Source of the DNA: Pyrolobus fumarii 1A
GTDB taxonomy: Archaea; Thermoproteota; Thermoprotei_A; Sulfolobales; Pyrodictiaceae
Reading direction: 5' to 3'
DNA length: 32,000 nucleotides
Assembly: GCF_000223395.1 (NCBI RefSeq)
Contig: NC_015931.1
Span: forward strand, 810,001 to 842,000
A program made the position numbers and the translations under genes. Below are positions 18,301 through 25,923 of the stretch, in pieces. Below the pieces are notes generated by a model. That model was given only the letters and a program-made list of their open reading frames with translations, was not told the DNA's origin and did no database searches. Each line of letters opens with the position of its first letter. The stretch's first letter is position 1.

Positions 18301-18789
18301 GAGGCACGTAATGCACTAGGGGAGGCTATCCAACAGCTAGACAGCTTGACTAGAGACCTTGCTACAAACATATCACGCATAGATGCCAGGCTAGGCAGCG
18401 TTGACGCGAAGCTCGCGAGGCTCGAAGAGAACATAACAGCCATTCACGGTAAAATTGTCGAACTCCAGGGACGCATTGCATCGGTATCATCGAGGCTGGG
18501 GAAAGTGAATGTCGTGTTAACCACTCTGCTAGGCAACATGACAAGGCACCTCCTTAGACTCGAGAACGAACTTGACAAGAGCACGTCGGACATCATGAGT
18601 GCAGTGATGGAGTTAAAGAGTATAGTGGATGGCAGGTTGAGAGTGATAAACGTCACGCTAGATGATATAAAGAGTAGGGTCAGTAATGTCGAGCAGGTAA
18701 GTCATAGACTCACGGCGCTAGTAGTGGCAGGCTTAGTAGCGGCTGGCATTGCAGCCGGCGCAGCGCTGCTGAGGAGAGGAGGGTCATAG
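15388..18789 (+). CDS. Surface-anchored clan-CD cysteine peptidase (C25/gingipain-like) with Ig-like domains, a long coiled-coil stalk and a C-terminal TM anchor
   Basis: ATG 15388 gives a signal/anchor helix (LQVIVALVVLTIAVPIVAAGES) and has a TATA-like GATTATGA about 30 nt upstream. C25-like core: IIVVTRS...YLVIVGDAS...PSDIYY...IVARIPV. Catalytic dyad candidates are IFAHGS (His codon 16771-16773) and ATAACLTAYFDD (Cys codon 16924-16926). Heptad-rich segment at about 17851-18710. Hydrophobic C-terminal helix at 18709-18771 followed by RRGGS. Many N-x-S/T sequons. Confidence 0.8.
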   Translation: MHRLYNFSLQVIVALVVLTIAVPIVAAGESVVLKAWLGVGGVEGDARLVWLPCNGSLTPFYHIVYVVPPGYDVASVKPVVVWRQGVDLPVLPPAAIIERVYPKADTSFASHSYSCKAIEVQHGVWRGAEIVTVLVALYSSRGLAASVSAYIDIVRHPGEKSFLYPLDAKLLYSIATKPPISSLGSIKTPYNIGIIVVTRSMFLPVVEEWAEIKERQGYRVEIVTLEDLCKRMAAGIDLREQLRDYIRRLYEESNGVYRYLVIVGDASGNFWSSSITSCDVLSPWEVPTQYFYNPASADDVRTSHSGYFVPSDIYYVTFDGNWDADGDGILGEYPDDVAAYDPYPEMIVARIPVRSLAEARQALLAMEDVYPTTNSILLAGSILYYRGEEPYPELAAQGDTMLEGLYSSTLEPLGWIRAERLYEHYPVEKVIVSPVDLNGNLTHDTMRLALQSETRMVTIFAHGSKSCVWRKVWVSDTNGNGEPDPDEITFKPFLCAEDAPLVKPQLLYATAACLTAYFDDPTLLSLGEALAVQGSQYVGWSRITFGPLLPPDAQMDPNKWCCSDRLVYYLYLHLVARDSVSRIGDALLHALVEYVSTEPLDAQGFDGNVSRRVFFALMYMGDPTRLAYSTPTLFNPSLSIIPTTPYSTVNVVLKLLTKRGEVVENAPVTVYKLLEPPYGISLPLGQKYTLQDGTVTFSLNVGVEPESYIVYYPGSTVPPNPLEPTAAIITLNTSLAPWVVATPSTLAPGQWVTIVACNFPRLSQLEVYAEGVLVTKVYTNSSGCAAQRIALPYTLPPGRIALTVVYPRDSSIRASTSIVIVSNLLMDMHDKLERIEARLATVTDYLRSLHEKLQAIYESLTALQDELSKLEQANRVVLNELNITATTLIHELDMLALHVNTVKELVVSMASDVKESKTVLYKVVENLDGLSEKMAKIREKAVKLEELLNNHSSRLAEYIEETRSQLLQAISEARNALGEAIQQLDSLTRDLATNISRIDARLGSVDAKLARLEENITAIHGKIVELQGRIASVSSRLGKVNVVLTTLLGNMTRHLLRLENELDKSTSDIMSAVMELKSIVDGRLRVINVTLDDIKSRVSNVEQVSHRLTALVVAGLVAAGIAAGAALLRRGGS

Positions 18790-18837
18790 CCCCCGGTCGG
18801 CGGCGCCTGACTCCCCATCAATATCGGGCTACCCGCG

Positions 18838-18841
18838 TTTT
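18838..18841 (+). terminator. Oligo-T tract downstream of the surface-protease gene
   Basis: TTTT lies 49 nt after the TAG stop, in a 69-nt convergent intergenic region. Archaeal termination typically uses oligo-T. Confidence 0.3.
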
Positions 18842-18858
18842 CCTCACACCGGGGCTCC

Positions 18859-20568
18859 CTACAGAGTTGTCACGAGACTCCCTATCTCCTCGGCTATATC
18901 TACAACCATGCGTGTCGCTTGACGTAGTACATTTCGAGTCTCGTCGTCACTGTAGCCACATGCTCTATACGCGTGTTCAACTACCTTGCTTTCTAGTTTT
19001 CCCGCCCTAGCCCTAAACGCTGGATGTGGCAGCTCAGGAAGCTCGGGTAGCGGCGGGAATGTAACGACAACCTTACTCCTAATGCCACCGCTGCTTAGAA
19101 GCTCCCCTATAGGTGACGTGTCTAGCTCATGTAAGGTGTAGACCCTCTTGTTCTCGCGGTGCACGACCAGCACGGGCTCATCTCTAGAGTATACAGGATA
19201 CACCGTGTACGTGACTATTATCAATGGAGTGTTTTCAAGCGCCTCGAAGTATGGTTGTAGCATCCTCTTTATCGCTGGAAGCGATACTCTACGAGAGCGC
19301 CTTGTCATCCTCGATACTATTATGTTGGCCTTTTTGCCGCTAAGGTAGAGGCTCGGGGGGTGTTTCCTCGCTGTAAGTACTCTAGAGTATATGCGGAGTG
19401 CTGGACACGCCCAACGGCCATCCTCTAGCTTCTTCAGCCCCTCATAGATGCTAGACTCGTTGAAAGCTAGGAGTTCCGTCACAAGCTCTATTGACGGGTC
19501 TGTCAAAAGCCTGGCGCACTGCTCCAGTCTCTCCGGTCTATTCTCTTCGAGCTCGCTGTAGTTCACTAATGTGTCAACTATGCACTCGAGGAGCCTCCTC
19601 TCAAATCCCTCAACGCCTTCGAAACTCCTCTCGTAGAGTTGGAGGGCGGCGAGCATTAGAGTAGAGAGGAGGCGTGAGGCACCGGCTTCGTAAGCCAGCA
19701 CGACATCGTGAAGGTACACCTCGCTATACATGTACATTCTGCCTAGGAGCATGTTCTCTACGACCGATACACCCTTGTCGATCACCCCTACGTCGCTGTG
19801 GGCACCTCCAGGCAGCTCAGTCGGCGGCTCCCATGCAAGCACTAGTACGCTTATGAGGCGGTCCAAGTCGTACAGGCCATAGCTGACTCCAGCGCTTCTA
19901 CTATCACGTAGTAGATAATCACCTCTGTCAACATCCACTGTGCCGCTGAGGAGACGGGCAGGTATCCACAGTGCCTCGTCCTTCACTTCCTTGCTATCGC
20001 CGTACGAGTACTCTAAAATGGATGTCACAAGATCGAGTACGGTATGGGCGTGCAAGCCGCATAGTGTATCTTGCTTTGCGAGTAGCAGGTTGACTAGCAT
20101 AGTTGTTAGCTGTTCGTGCCCAGTAACTGGTATTGAGAGGCTCTCGGGGCCGTGTGCGCTTGAAACCACCTCATAGTCTTGTAGGGCTGTTTCGAAGACG
20201 TGGCTCCAAGCCAGATGGCCGAGGTCGTGTAGTAGCGCGGCTATCCCAGCAGCGCAGCGATACTCGCGGCTTTCGACGAGACGCTTTGCTAGCTGTGCGG
20301 CCTCGCTACCTTCTCCGTATATTCTCAGCGTGTTACGTACTATCGCATCAAGGGCTGTAAGCATGAGGTGTGCTACTCCGAGGCTATGCTCGAATCTGGT
20401 ATGCTGTAAGCCGGGATACACATAGTGTGATAAGCCTGTCTGCTTTATGTAGCGTAGTCTCTGGAAAAGCGGGTCATCAATGAGCTTGAAGAAGTCGGAG
20501 GGTAGTACTATGCTCGTGTGAACAGGATCCTTCACTATCTTAAAATCTGTGTCGAGCGGCACAGTCAA
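18859..20568 (-). CDS. HD-domain phosphohydrolase, SAMHD1/dNTP-triphosphohydrolase-like (COG1078 type)
   Basis: N-terminus KDPVHTSIVL...FQRLRYIKQTGL...HTRFEHSLGVAHL, plus LLHDLGHLAWSH and DVDRGDYLLRD, the canonical H..HD..D constellation of this family. Confidence 0.85.
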   Translation of the reverse strand: MTVPLDTDFKIVKDPVHTSIVLPSDFFKLIDDPLFQRLRYIKQTGLSHYVYPGLQHTRFEHSLGVAHLMLTALDAIVRNTLRIYGEGSEAAQLAKRLVESREYRCAAGIAALLHDLGHLAWSHVFETALQDYEVVSSAHGPESLSIPVTGHEQLTTMLVNLLLAKQDTLCGLHAHTVLDLVTSILEYSYGDSKEVKDEALWIPARLLSGTVDVDRGDYLLRDSRSAGVSYGLYDLDRLISVLVLAWEPPTELPGGAHSDVGVIDKGVSVVENMLLGRMYMYSEVYLHDVVLAYEAGASRLLSTLMLAALQLYERSFEGVEGFERRLLECIVDTLVNYSELEENRPERLEQCARLLTDPSIELVTELLAFNESSIYEGLKKLEDGRWACPALRIYSRVLTARKHPPSLYLSGKKANIIVSRMTRRSRRVSLPAIKRMLQPYFEALENTPLIIVTYTVYPVYSRDEPVLVVHRENKRVYTLHELDTSPIGELLSSGGIRSKVVVTFPPLPELPELPHPAFRARAGKLESKVVEHAYRACGYSDDETRNVLRQATRMVVDIAEEIGSLVTTL

Positions 20569-20573
20569 GGGCG

Positions 20574-20912
20574 TTAGGCCATAGCTGCGATGAGCTTAGC
20601 CACCTTTTCAACCTTCCTTTTAACCAGTGGGCTGAGCTTATCCACGTGAAGCCTTACACTGCCATCATTCTGTTCTAAGAGGCCAGCTGCGGCAAGAACC
20701 TCCAGCTCAGCGCGCAGGTCACGAGTACCGCCAGCAATTATGACGTTGCGCTTCTCCTTGGCGCGTTTCAGTGCAGCCTCGATATCCTCCACCCTAGCCT
20801 CGCCACCGTTAGCCGCCAGGTAGCCCAGGAGGAAGTCGCGAAGGAAGAGCACGCGTCGCGGTAGAGTCAGTTGCAACTCATCACCCTCTAGTAGCATAGC
20901 GTTGATACTCAA
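20574..20912 (-). CDS. Small hypothetical protein (112 aa), possible winged-helix fold, co-oriented 5 nt upstream of the HD gene
   Basis: ORF of 112 aa with an ATG start. VEDIEAALKRA...LEVLAAAGLLEQNDGSVRLH suggests a recognition helix plus wing. The 5-nt gap to the HD gene implies an operon. Confidence 0.55.
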   Translation of the reverse strand: MSINAMLLEGDELQLTLPRRVLFLRDFLLGYLAANGGEARVEDIEAALKRAKEKRNVIIAGGTRDLRAELEVLAAAGLLEQNDGSVRLHVDKLSPLVKRKVEKVAKLIAAMA

Positions 20913-20993
20913 AGATTGGCACCGGGTCGGTGCGACAAGAGTATTACCAGTTTAGCGTATCACGCGCGCCCCACAGTAATATTATTTGAGGGG

Positions 20994-23000
20994 CTACATG
21001 TGCTCGAGTATAACCTCGCCATACTCACCTCTCTTAGCCATCCACCCTGGAGGCACAACCACAGTAGTGTCGCTAAGCTCCAGTATAGCAGGTCCTTCAA
21101 GGGCACGTGGTATGCCACGATACACCTTAGCCTCAACCCAGCCGGCATTCAGGTAATAGACGCGCCTCTTGCCCACCTCTCGTCCCTCCGGCTCGCCACT
21201 ACGTAGCTTCGGCCTCTCCACCTCGCAATACACTGTAACTATCGCGGTGTTGACGACTATTGATGGCAGCGGCTCTGGAGGCAAGTACCCATAGATCCTC
21301 TTGTAGGCCTCAAGAAACGCCCTCCTGACGAGTGACGCGTCTCTAGCATAGGCAACGCGTATGGGTTCCAGCTGGCCGCTAAACCCGACCAGTAGTGTCA
21401 CATCCACACGAGGCTCGCACGATAATAGTCTAGAAGCTTCCTCGGCAACTATCGATGCACGCCCCTCTATGATGCGAAGAGTCTTCTCGTCAAGAACCTT
21501 GCCTACGTGGATACGCGTGGATAACCTGAACTCTGAGAGTAGGAGGCCAAGCGCCGAGAAGACACCAGCGTATGGTGGTATTACAACCCTTGATATCCCC
21601 AGCTCTTCTGCCAGCTCAGCAGCGTGTAACGGACCTGCACCACCAAATGCGTAGAGTGTGGCGAGGGAGGGGTCAACACCCCTCTCTATGGTAACCAAGC
21701 GGATAGCTCTAGCCATCTCGACGTTAACCAGTCGAAGTACCTCAGCGGCAGCATCATAGGCGTCTAGACCAAGCTTCTTCCCTAGAGCTTCATAGACTCG
21801 CATAGCAGCACTAGCGTCGAGCGTTAATAGCCCGTTGGCTAGAACCGGGGGTAGTCTGCCCAATAGGAAGTGAGCGTCGGTGACGGTCGGCTCAAGACCT
21901 CCCTTGCCATAACAAGCTGGCCCTGGCTCGGCGCCTGCGCTCAACGGTCCGACGCGTAGTGCACCTCCCGCATCAACCCATGCTATTGTACCGCCGCCAG
22001 CCGACACCTCGACAAGGTCTACGTGGGGCGCTCTAACGGGATACCCGCTACCTCTAACAAGCCTACCCGCATGGAACTTGCCGCCAACCTCGAAATACTC
22101 GGTGATGTAGGGCTCACCTCGTATAACGAGTGCCGCTTTGGCGGTTGTACCCCCCATGTCAAACGAAACCACGTACTCGTCTCCACGTAGCTTTGCAAGT
22201 GTGGAAGCCGCGACAACACCCGCTGCAGGCCCACTCTCTATGAACAATACCGGCTTCTCAAGAGCAGCTTCGATAGGAGCGACACCCCCGCTGCTCTGCA
22301 TTACCAGCAGTTTCCCTGTGAACCCTCGTTGTCTTAGCGAGCTGAGAAGGCGCTCAAGATACCCTCTAAACAGTGGTCTTAGCATCGCGTTAACAATGGC
22401 TGTCGAGAATCTCTCATACTCGCCTGGTGACGGGTCTACAGAGCAACTAGTTAGCACATCAAGAGCTTCGGGACAGAATCTCTTCACAAGTGAAGCAATA
22501 CGATTCTCCAACCTCCCCTCATCTACATAGCAATGTATGAGTGCTACAACATAGACCGTGTTTGGGCTACACGTTCTAGTCACAAGCCTCTCAACTTCGT
22601 CCACGCTAGGCTCGGTAAAGCTACCATCAGGGTAGAGCCGCGCATCAACCTCAAGACGGTTATAGCGGGGTACAAGAGGGCGCGGCTTAGTAAAGAACAT
22701 GTTATACGGCTCGGGTCGCGCCTGTCTACCAATCTCCACAATATCGCGGAACCCCTTCGAAGTTATCAAGACTATATTTGGAGGCTCAAGACCAACCTGT
22801 CCAAGAAGCATATTGGTGCCGAGGGTAGTCGCGTGAATAAGGACACGTGTACCCGAGACCCCCGCTAGCCGCTCAACAGCCTCTACTACGCTGACCCAGG
22901 GTCTCGAGACGCGTGTCAACACCTTTACACTCGTGACACGCCCAGAGGCCGGATCGTAAGCAACTCCGTCAGTGAATGTACCGCCAACGTCTATGGCCAC
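20994..23000 (-). CDS. Hydantoinase/oxoprolinase family protein (HyuA-like, ATP-dependent)
   Basis: The family N-terminus (V)AIDVGGTFTDGV is present, with a second ASKHA-type segment VVSFDMGGTTAK. GTG 23000 is preferred because a TATATA element at 23041-23046 lies inside the longer ORF-track version (start 23048). Confidence 0.85.
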   Translation of the reverse strand: MAIDVGGTFTDGVAYDPASGRVTSVKVLTRVSRPWVSVVEAVERLAGVSGTRVLIHATTLGTNMLLGQVGLEPPNIVLITSKGFRDIVEIGRQARPEPYNMFFTKPRPLVPRYNRLEVDARLYPDGSFTEPSVDEVERLVTRTCSPNTVYVVALIHCYVDEGRLENRIASLVKRFCPEALDVLTSCSVDPSPGEYERFSTAIVNAMLRPLFRGYLERLLSSLRQRGFTGKLLVMQSSGGVAPIEAALEKPVLFIESGPAAGVVAASTLAKLRGDEYVVSFDMGGTTAKAALVIRGEPYITEYFEVGGKFHAGRLVRGSGYPVRAPHVDLVEVSAGGGTIAWVDAGGALRVGPLSAGAEPGPACYGKGGLEPTVTDAHFLLGRLPPVLANGLLTLDASAAMRVYEALGKKLGLDAYDAAAEVLRLVNVEMARAIRLVTIERGVDPSLATLYAFGGAGPLHAAELAEELGISRVVIPPYAGVFSALGLLLSEFRLSTRIHVGKVLDEKTLRIIEGRASIVAEEASRLLSCEPRVDVTLLVGFSGQLEPIRVAYARDASLVRRAFLEAYKRIYGYLPPEPLPSIVVNTAIVTVYCEVERPKLRSGEPEGREVGKRRVYYLNAGWVEAKVYRGIPRALEGPAILELSDTTVVVPPGWMAKRGEYGEVILEHM

Positions 23001-23082
23001 TCTCAGCGCTTCTACACCTCCACTTTGCACGAGGCCACCTATATACACCTAGAGTTACGTGTTGCGTCTATGGGGGATGAGG

Positions 23083-23123
23083 CCGGTCCTCAACCGCTGC
23101 CGATAGTGAAGGTTGAGGACCGG
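23083..23123. promoter_or_regulatory. Perfect 13-bp inverted repeat CCGGTCCTCAACC-N15-GGTTGAGGACCGG upstream of the sugar ABC operon
   Basis: Read directly. Arms are at 23083-23095 and 23111-23123 and are exact reverse complements. It sits between the divergent hyuA-like and binding-protein genes, 78 nt upstream of the TATA box at 23201. Confidence 0.6.
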
Positions 23124-23200
23124 ACCTCCGGCCGACCCCTCACCCAAACTATGTTAACCGTAAGGTGCCGACACGGAAACGCTTACATTCGCAGACTCCG

Positions 23201-23208
23201 ATATATAA
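23201..23208 (+). promoter_or_regulatory. TATA box (ATATATAA) for the CUT1 sugar ABC operon
   Basis: It lies 24-31 nt upstream of ATG 23232, the spacing expected for a leaderless or short-leader archaeal transcript. Confidence 0.6.
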
Positions 23209-23231
23209 GGCCCCACCTGGAGGTGGCGACG

Positions 23232-24950
23232 ATGGCTCTCCGCTCCTCCTCGAAAATAACGGCAGTAATAGCGGTGATAATCATAATAGCTGCTATTGCG
23301 GTCGGCCTACTGCTCATGAAGCCAAGTGCTCCGGAGAAGACGAGCAGTCCCGCTCCCGCATCGCCTACGGCCACTGAGAGTGTAGCGCCAGCTCCCAGTA
23401 AACCCAGCATAACCGGCAATCTAGAGGAGGACATCGTATCGATAGGTAAGTATCTCGTCGCGCATGGTATACACGAGGTCACGTTCACAGCGTATGGTAA
23501 GGGCGACCCGAATAGCGTCATAAGGGCGTATGGTATCGTTGAGGCTGCTTACCGCCTCAACAAGATACTAGAGAAGCACGGTATAGACTTGAAGATCAAG
23601 GTTAAACCGGTATTCGAGAGAGGCGGTAGCGTCAAGGCCGACGAGTTCCTAATGGCGTACCAGCAGGGCACCAACCCCGACATAGTGGCACTCAGCTACA
23701 TCGAGGTAGCACCGCTAGCCGACGCAGGTGCAATCCTAGACATAACCCCTTGGATGCAGAAGTATGAGAGCGTCTGGAACGACTTCTACGCTGCCCTACG
23801 CGGCGCCGTGACGTACAAGGGTCGCATATGGGGCCTGCCACAGGACACCGAGGCTAGGCCACTATACTGGCGCATCGATGTCGCCGAGTGTATAAAGGAG
23901 AAAACAGGCAAGGACATCCTAGCCGACTTGTACGAGAAGGTGCGCGAGGGCAAGGTCACCTGGCACGAGGTGTTCGAGTATGCAAAGCTAGCCAAGGAGA
24001 CTGGCTGTGCAGAGTGGGGTCTGATACACCGTAAGGGAAGTGCACATCCGGACCTGATACAGTTCATCTACGCGTATGGTGGTACTCTAGAGGAGCCGGG
24101 CACGGGCAAGCTAGTGCTTGATGTACCTGCGGTCTATAAGTGGCTCTACACGGAGTGGAAGTTCGCCCAGGAGGGCCTCCTGCCCAAGGACATGATGCAG
24201 TGGGACTGGGCCAAACAGATACACCCAACAGTAGTTGATGGCAAGACGTTGATATTCATTGGCGGCACCTGGCACTGGACAGAGTGGCAGACTAAGCCGT
24301 ACCACACCGACCCTAAGACGGGAGAGAAGAGGCCGCTAACGGCGGAGGAAGTCAAGAAGTACTTCTACTACACTCTCTTCCCTGCTGGCGACCATGGCGG
24401 CAAGCCTGTAACTCTAAGCCAGCCATTCGTATGGGTGGTGGCTGCAAACGCTGGCCACCAGAACCCGAAGTACGAGGAGTTAAAGGACGTCTACCACATG
24501 CTAGCCTTCCTTCTAGTACTGAAGGCTAGCGACCCCGACATCAACGCGATACACAGTATAATCTCGGCTCACCTGCCGGTGAGAGGCGAGGCCGAGAAGC
24601 TACTAAGAGACGAGAAGTGGATAGAAAAACTGAAGAATCTAGAGCTAGACCTGGCACCAGAAGTCAAAGAGGCAATACGAGATATCGTCGCTAAGACCGT
24701 CAATCCGATAAACATCGAGTTCCTGGCTGAGGCCTCCAAGATGCTAGCCTACACGCACCTAACACCCAAGCACCCGCTATACGGCAAACTAGCTCAGATA
24801 TTCGCGGATGCTGTTGATAAGGTGCTGCGTGGCGAGCTAACACCCGACAAGGCGATAGAGTATATCAAGCAGAAGATACAGGCAGACCCAGAGCTAGCGA
24901 AGTCTGTTGTCATTCGCGGCGAGATACCCAAGGATTGGCAATTCCCATGA
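23232..24950 (+). CDS. ABC transporter extracellular solute-binding protein (family 1 / CUT1, sugar-type), membrane-anchored
   Basis: ATG 23232 gives an N-terminal TM helix (ITAVIAVIIIIAAIAVGLLLM) followed by a Ser/Thr/Pro linker. Large Trp/Tyr-rich periplasmic-type domain. First gene of an SBP-permease-permease-ATPase operon. Confidence 0.8.
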   Translation: MALRSSSKITAVIAVIIIIAAIAVGLLLMKPSAPEKTSSPAPASPTATESVAPAPSKPSITGNLEEDIVSIGKYLVAHGIHEVTFTAYGKGDPNSVIRAYGIVEAAYRLNKILEKHGIDLKIKVKPVFERGGSVKADEFLMAYQQGTNPDIVALSYIEVAPLADAGAILDITPWMQKYESVWNDFYAALRGAVTYKGRIWGLPQDTEARPLYWRIDVAECIKEKTGKDILADLYEKVREGKVTWHEVFEYAKLAKETGCAEWGLIHRKGSAHPDLIQFIYAYGGTLEEPGTGKLVLDVPAVYKWLYTEWKFAQEGLLPKDMMQWDWAKQIHPTVVDGKTLIFIGGTWHWTEWQTKPYHTDPKTGEKRPLTAEEVKKYFYYTLFPAGDHGGKPVTLSQPFVWVVAANAGHQNPKYEELKDVYHMLAFLLVLKASDPDINAIHSIISAHLPVRGEAEKLLRDEKWIEKLKNLELDLAPEVKEAIRDIVAKTVNPINIEFLAEASKMLAYTHLTPKHPLYGKLAQIFADAVDKVLRGELTPDKAIEYIKQKIQADPELAKSVVIRGEIPKDWQFP

Positions 24951-24963
24951 GGGGTGGATACAC

Positions 24964-25917
24964 GTGAACGGAAAGAGATCCGCACTCATCTTTTTCCTCG
25001 GCCCTGCATTAGCTCTCATCCTTGTGTTCTACATAGTACCTCTTGTGCTCACCGTGTATGTGTCTTTCACGAACCTTAGCAACTGGAACCTCATGAGCAT
25101 GAAGGTCTTGGATGACCCATTGTACAACTATGAGAGGCTCCTGCATATGTTCCAATATGATCCAGATTTCCGCAAAGTAGTCTATACAACGATAGTGTTC
25201 ACGCTGGTCACGCTAGTGCTTAATGTGGGCGGTGGGTTACTTCTAGCGCTGATAGCGTACCTCATGGAAGAGAGACTTTCAACAACTTTCCGCGCTCTTT
25301 GGCTACTACCCAGAATGACGCCTGTTGCGGTATACGCGCTTCTATGGTACTACTTCTTCTCCGGCTCGGCGTTCGGCACCCTGAACGCCTTCCTAAGAGC
25401 AATGGGGCTAGTAGAGGAGCCCATAGGTTGGGGTACAAGCCTTGACATGCTGCCATGGGGCGCGTGGCTAATCATAATATACGTGAACATGCTTGTCGGT
25501 GTGAGCTTCGGGATGATAGTATTCTACTCGGCATTACGTAACATACCTTGGGAGCATGTAGTAGCGGCCCGCGTCGACGGGGCTTCAACGCTACAACTCT
25601 TGCGCTATATACTCATTCCATCTATCCGTTGGCACCTGGTCTTCGTCACTGTCTGGCAGCTTCTCTCCCTGCTGACCACATACGCGCATATCTTCCTACT
25701 TGTTGAGTGGGGGGCTGTTGATAGATGGTGGGCGAGTACATGGTCCCTCTACGTCTTCATGCAAGCTTTCTACTCGGGTCCCGGTGTTCGAACAGAGCAG
25801 GGTCTTGCGGCTGCAGCAGCCTCAATACTCGTGATAATAGGTGCGGGGCTTGGGCTACTCTCACTACGTCTGCTAGGCTTTCGCAAGATGATGCAGCCCC
25901 CGAGGGGTGAGGTGTAA
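24964..25917 (+). CDS. ABC sugar transporter permease (MalF/UgpA-like)
   Basis: Polytopic, with the EAA-loop segment AARVDGASTLQLLRYILIPSIR. GTG 24964 is preferred; the ORF-track TTG 24907 overlaps the upstream gene. Confidence 0.85.
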   Translation: MNGKRSALIFFLGPALALILVFYIVPLVLTVYVSFTNLSNWNLMSMKVLDDPLYNYERLLHMFQYDPDFRKVVYTTIVFTLVTLVLNVGGGLLLALIAYLMEERLSTTFRALWLLPRMTPVAVYALLWYYFFSGSAFGTLNAFLRAMGLVEEPIGWGTSLDMLPWGAWLIIIYVNMLVGVSFGMIVFYSALRNIPWEHVVAARVDGASTLQLLRYILIPSIRWHLVFVTVWQLLSLLTTYAHIFLLVEWGAVDRWWASTWSLYVFMQAFYSGPGVRTEQGLAAAAASILVIIGAGLGLLSLRLLGFRKMMQPPRGEV

Positions 25918-25923
25918 CTGGGC

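Noticed and set aside
17955-18443. 162-aa Ser/Leu-rich ORF antisense to the coiled-coil region of the surface protease
   Set aside because: It is the antisense image of an Glu/Leu/Lys/Ala heptad-rich sequence, with no independent signals.
20916-21206. ORFs 20916-21206 (+) and 20960-21148 (-) around the 3' end of the hyuA-like gene
   Set aside because: They overlap the confidently called 3' end of the hydantoinase-family gene, or lie in its short downstream spacer. They have no recognisable motifs.
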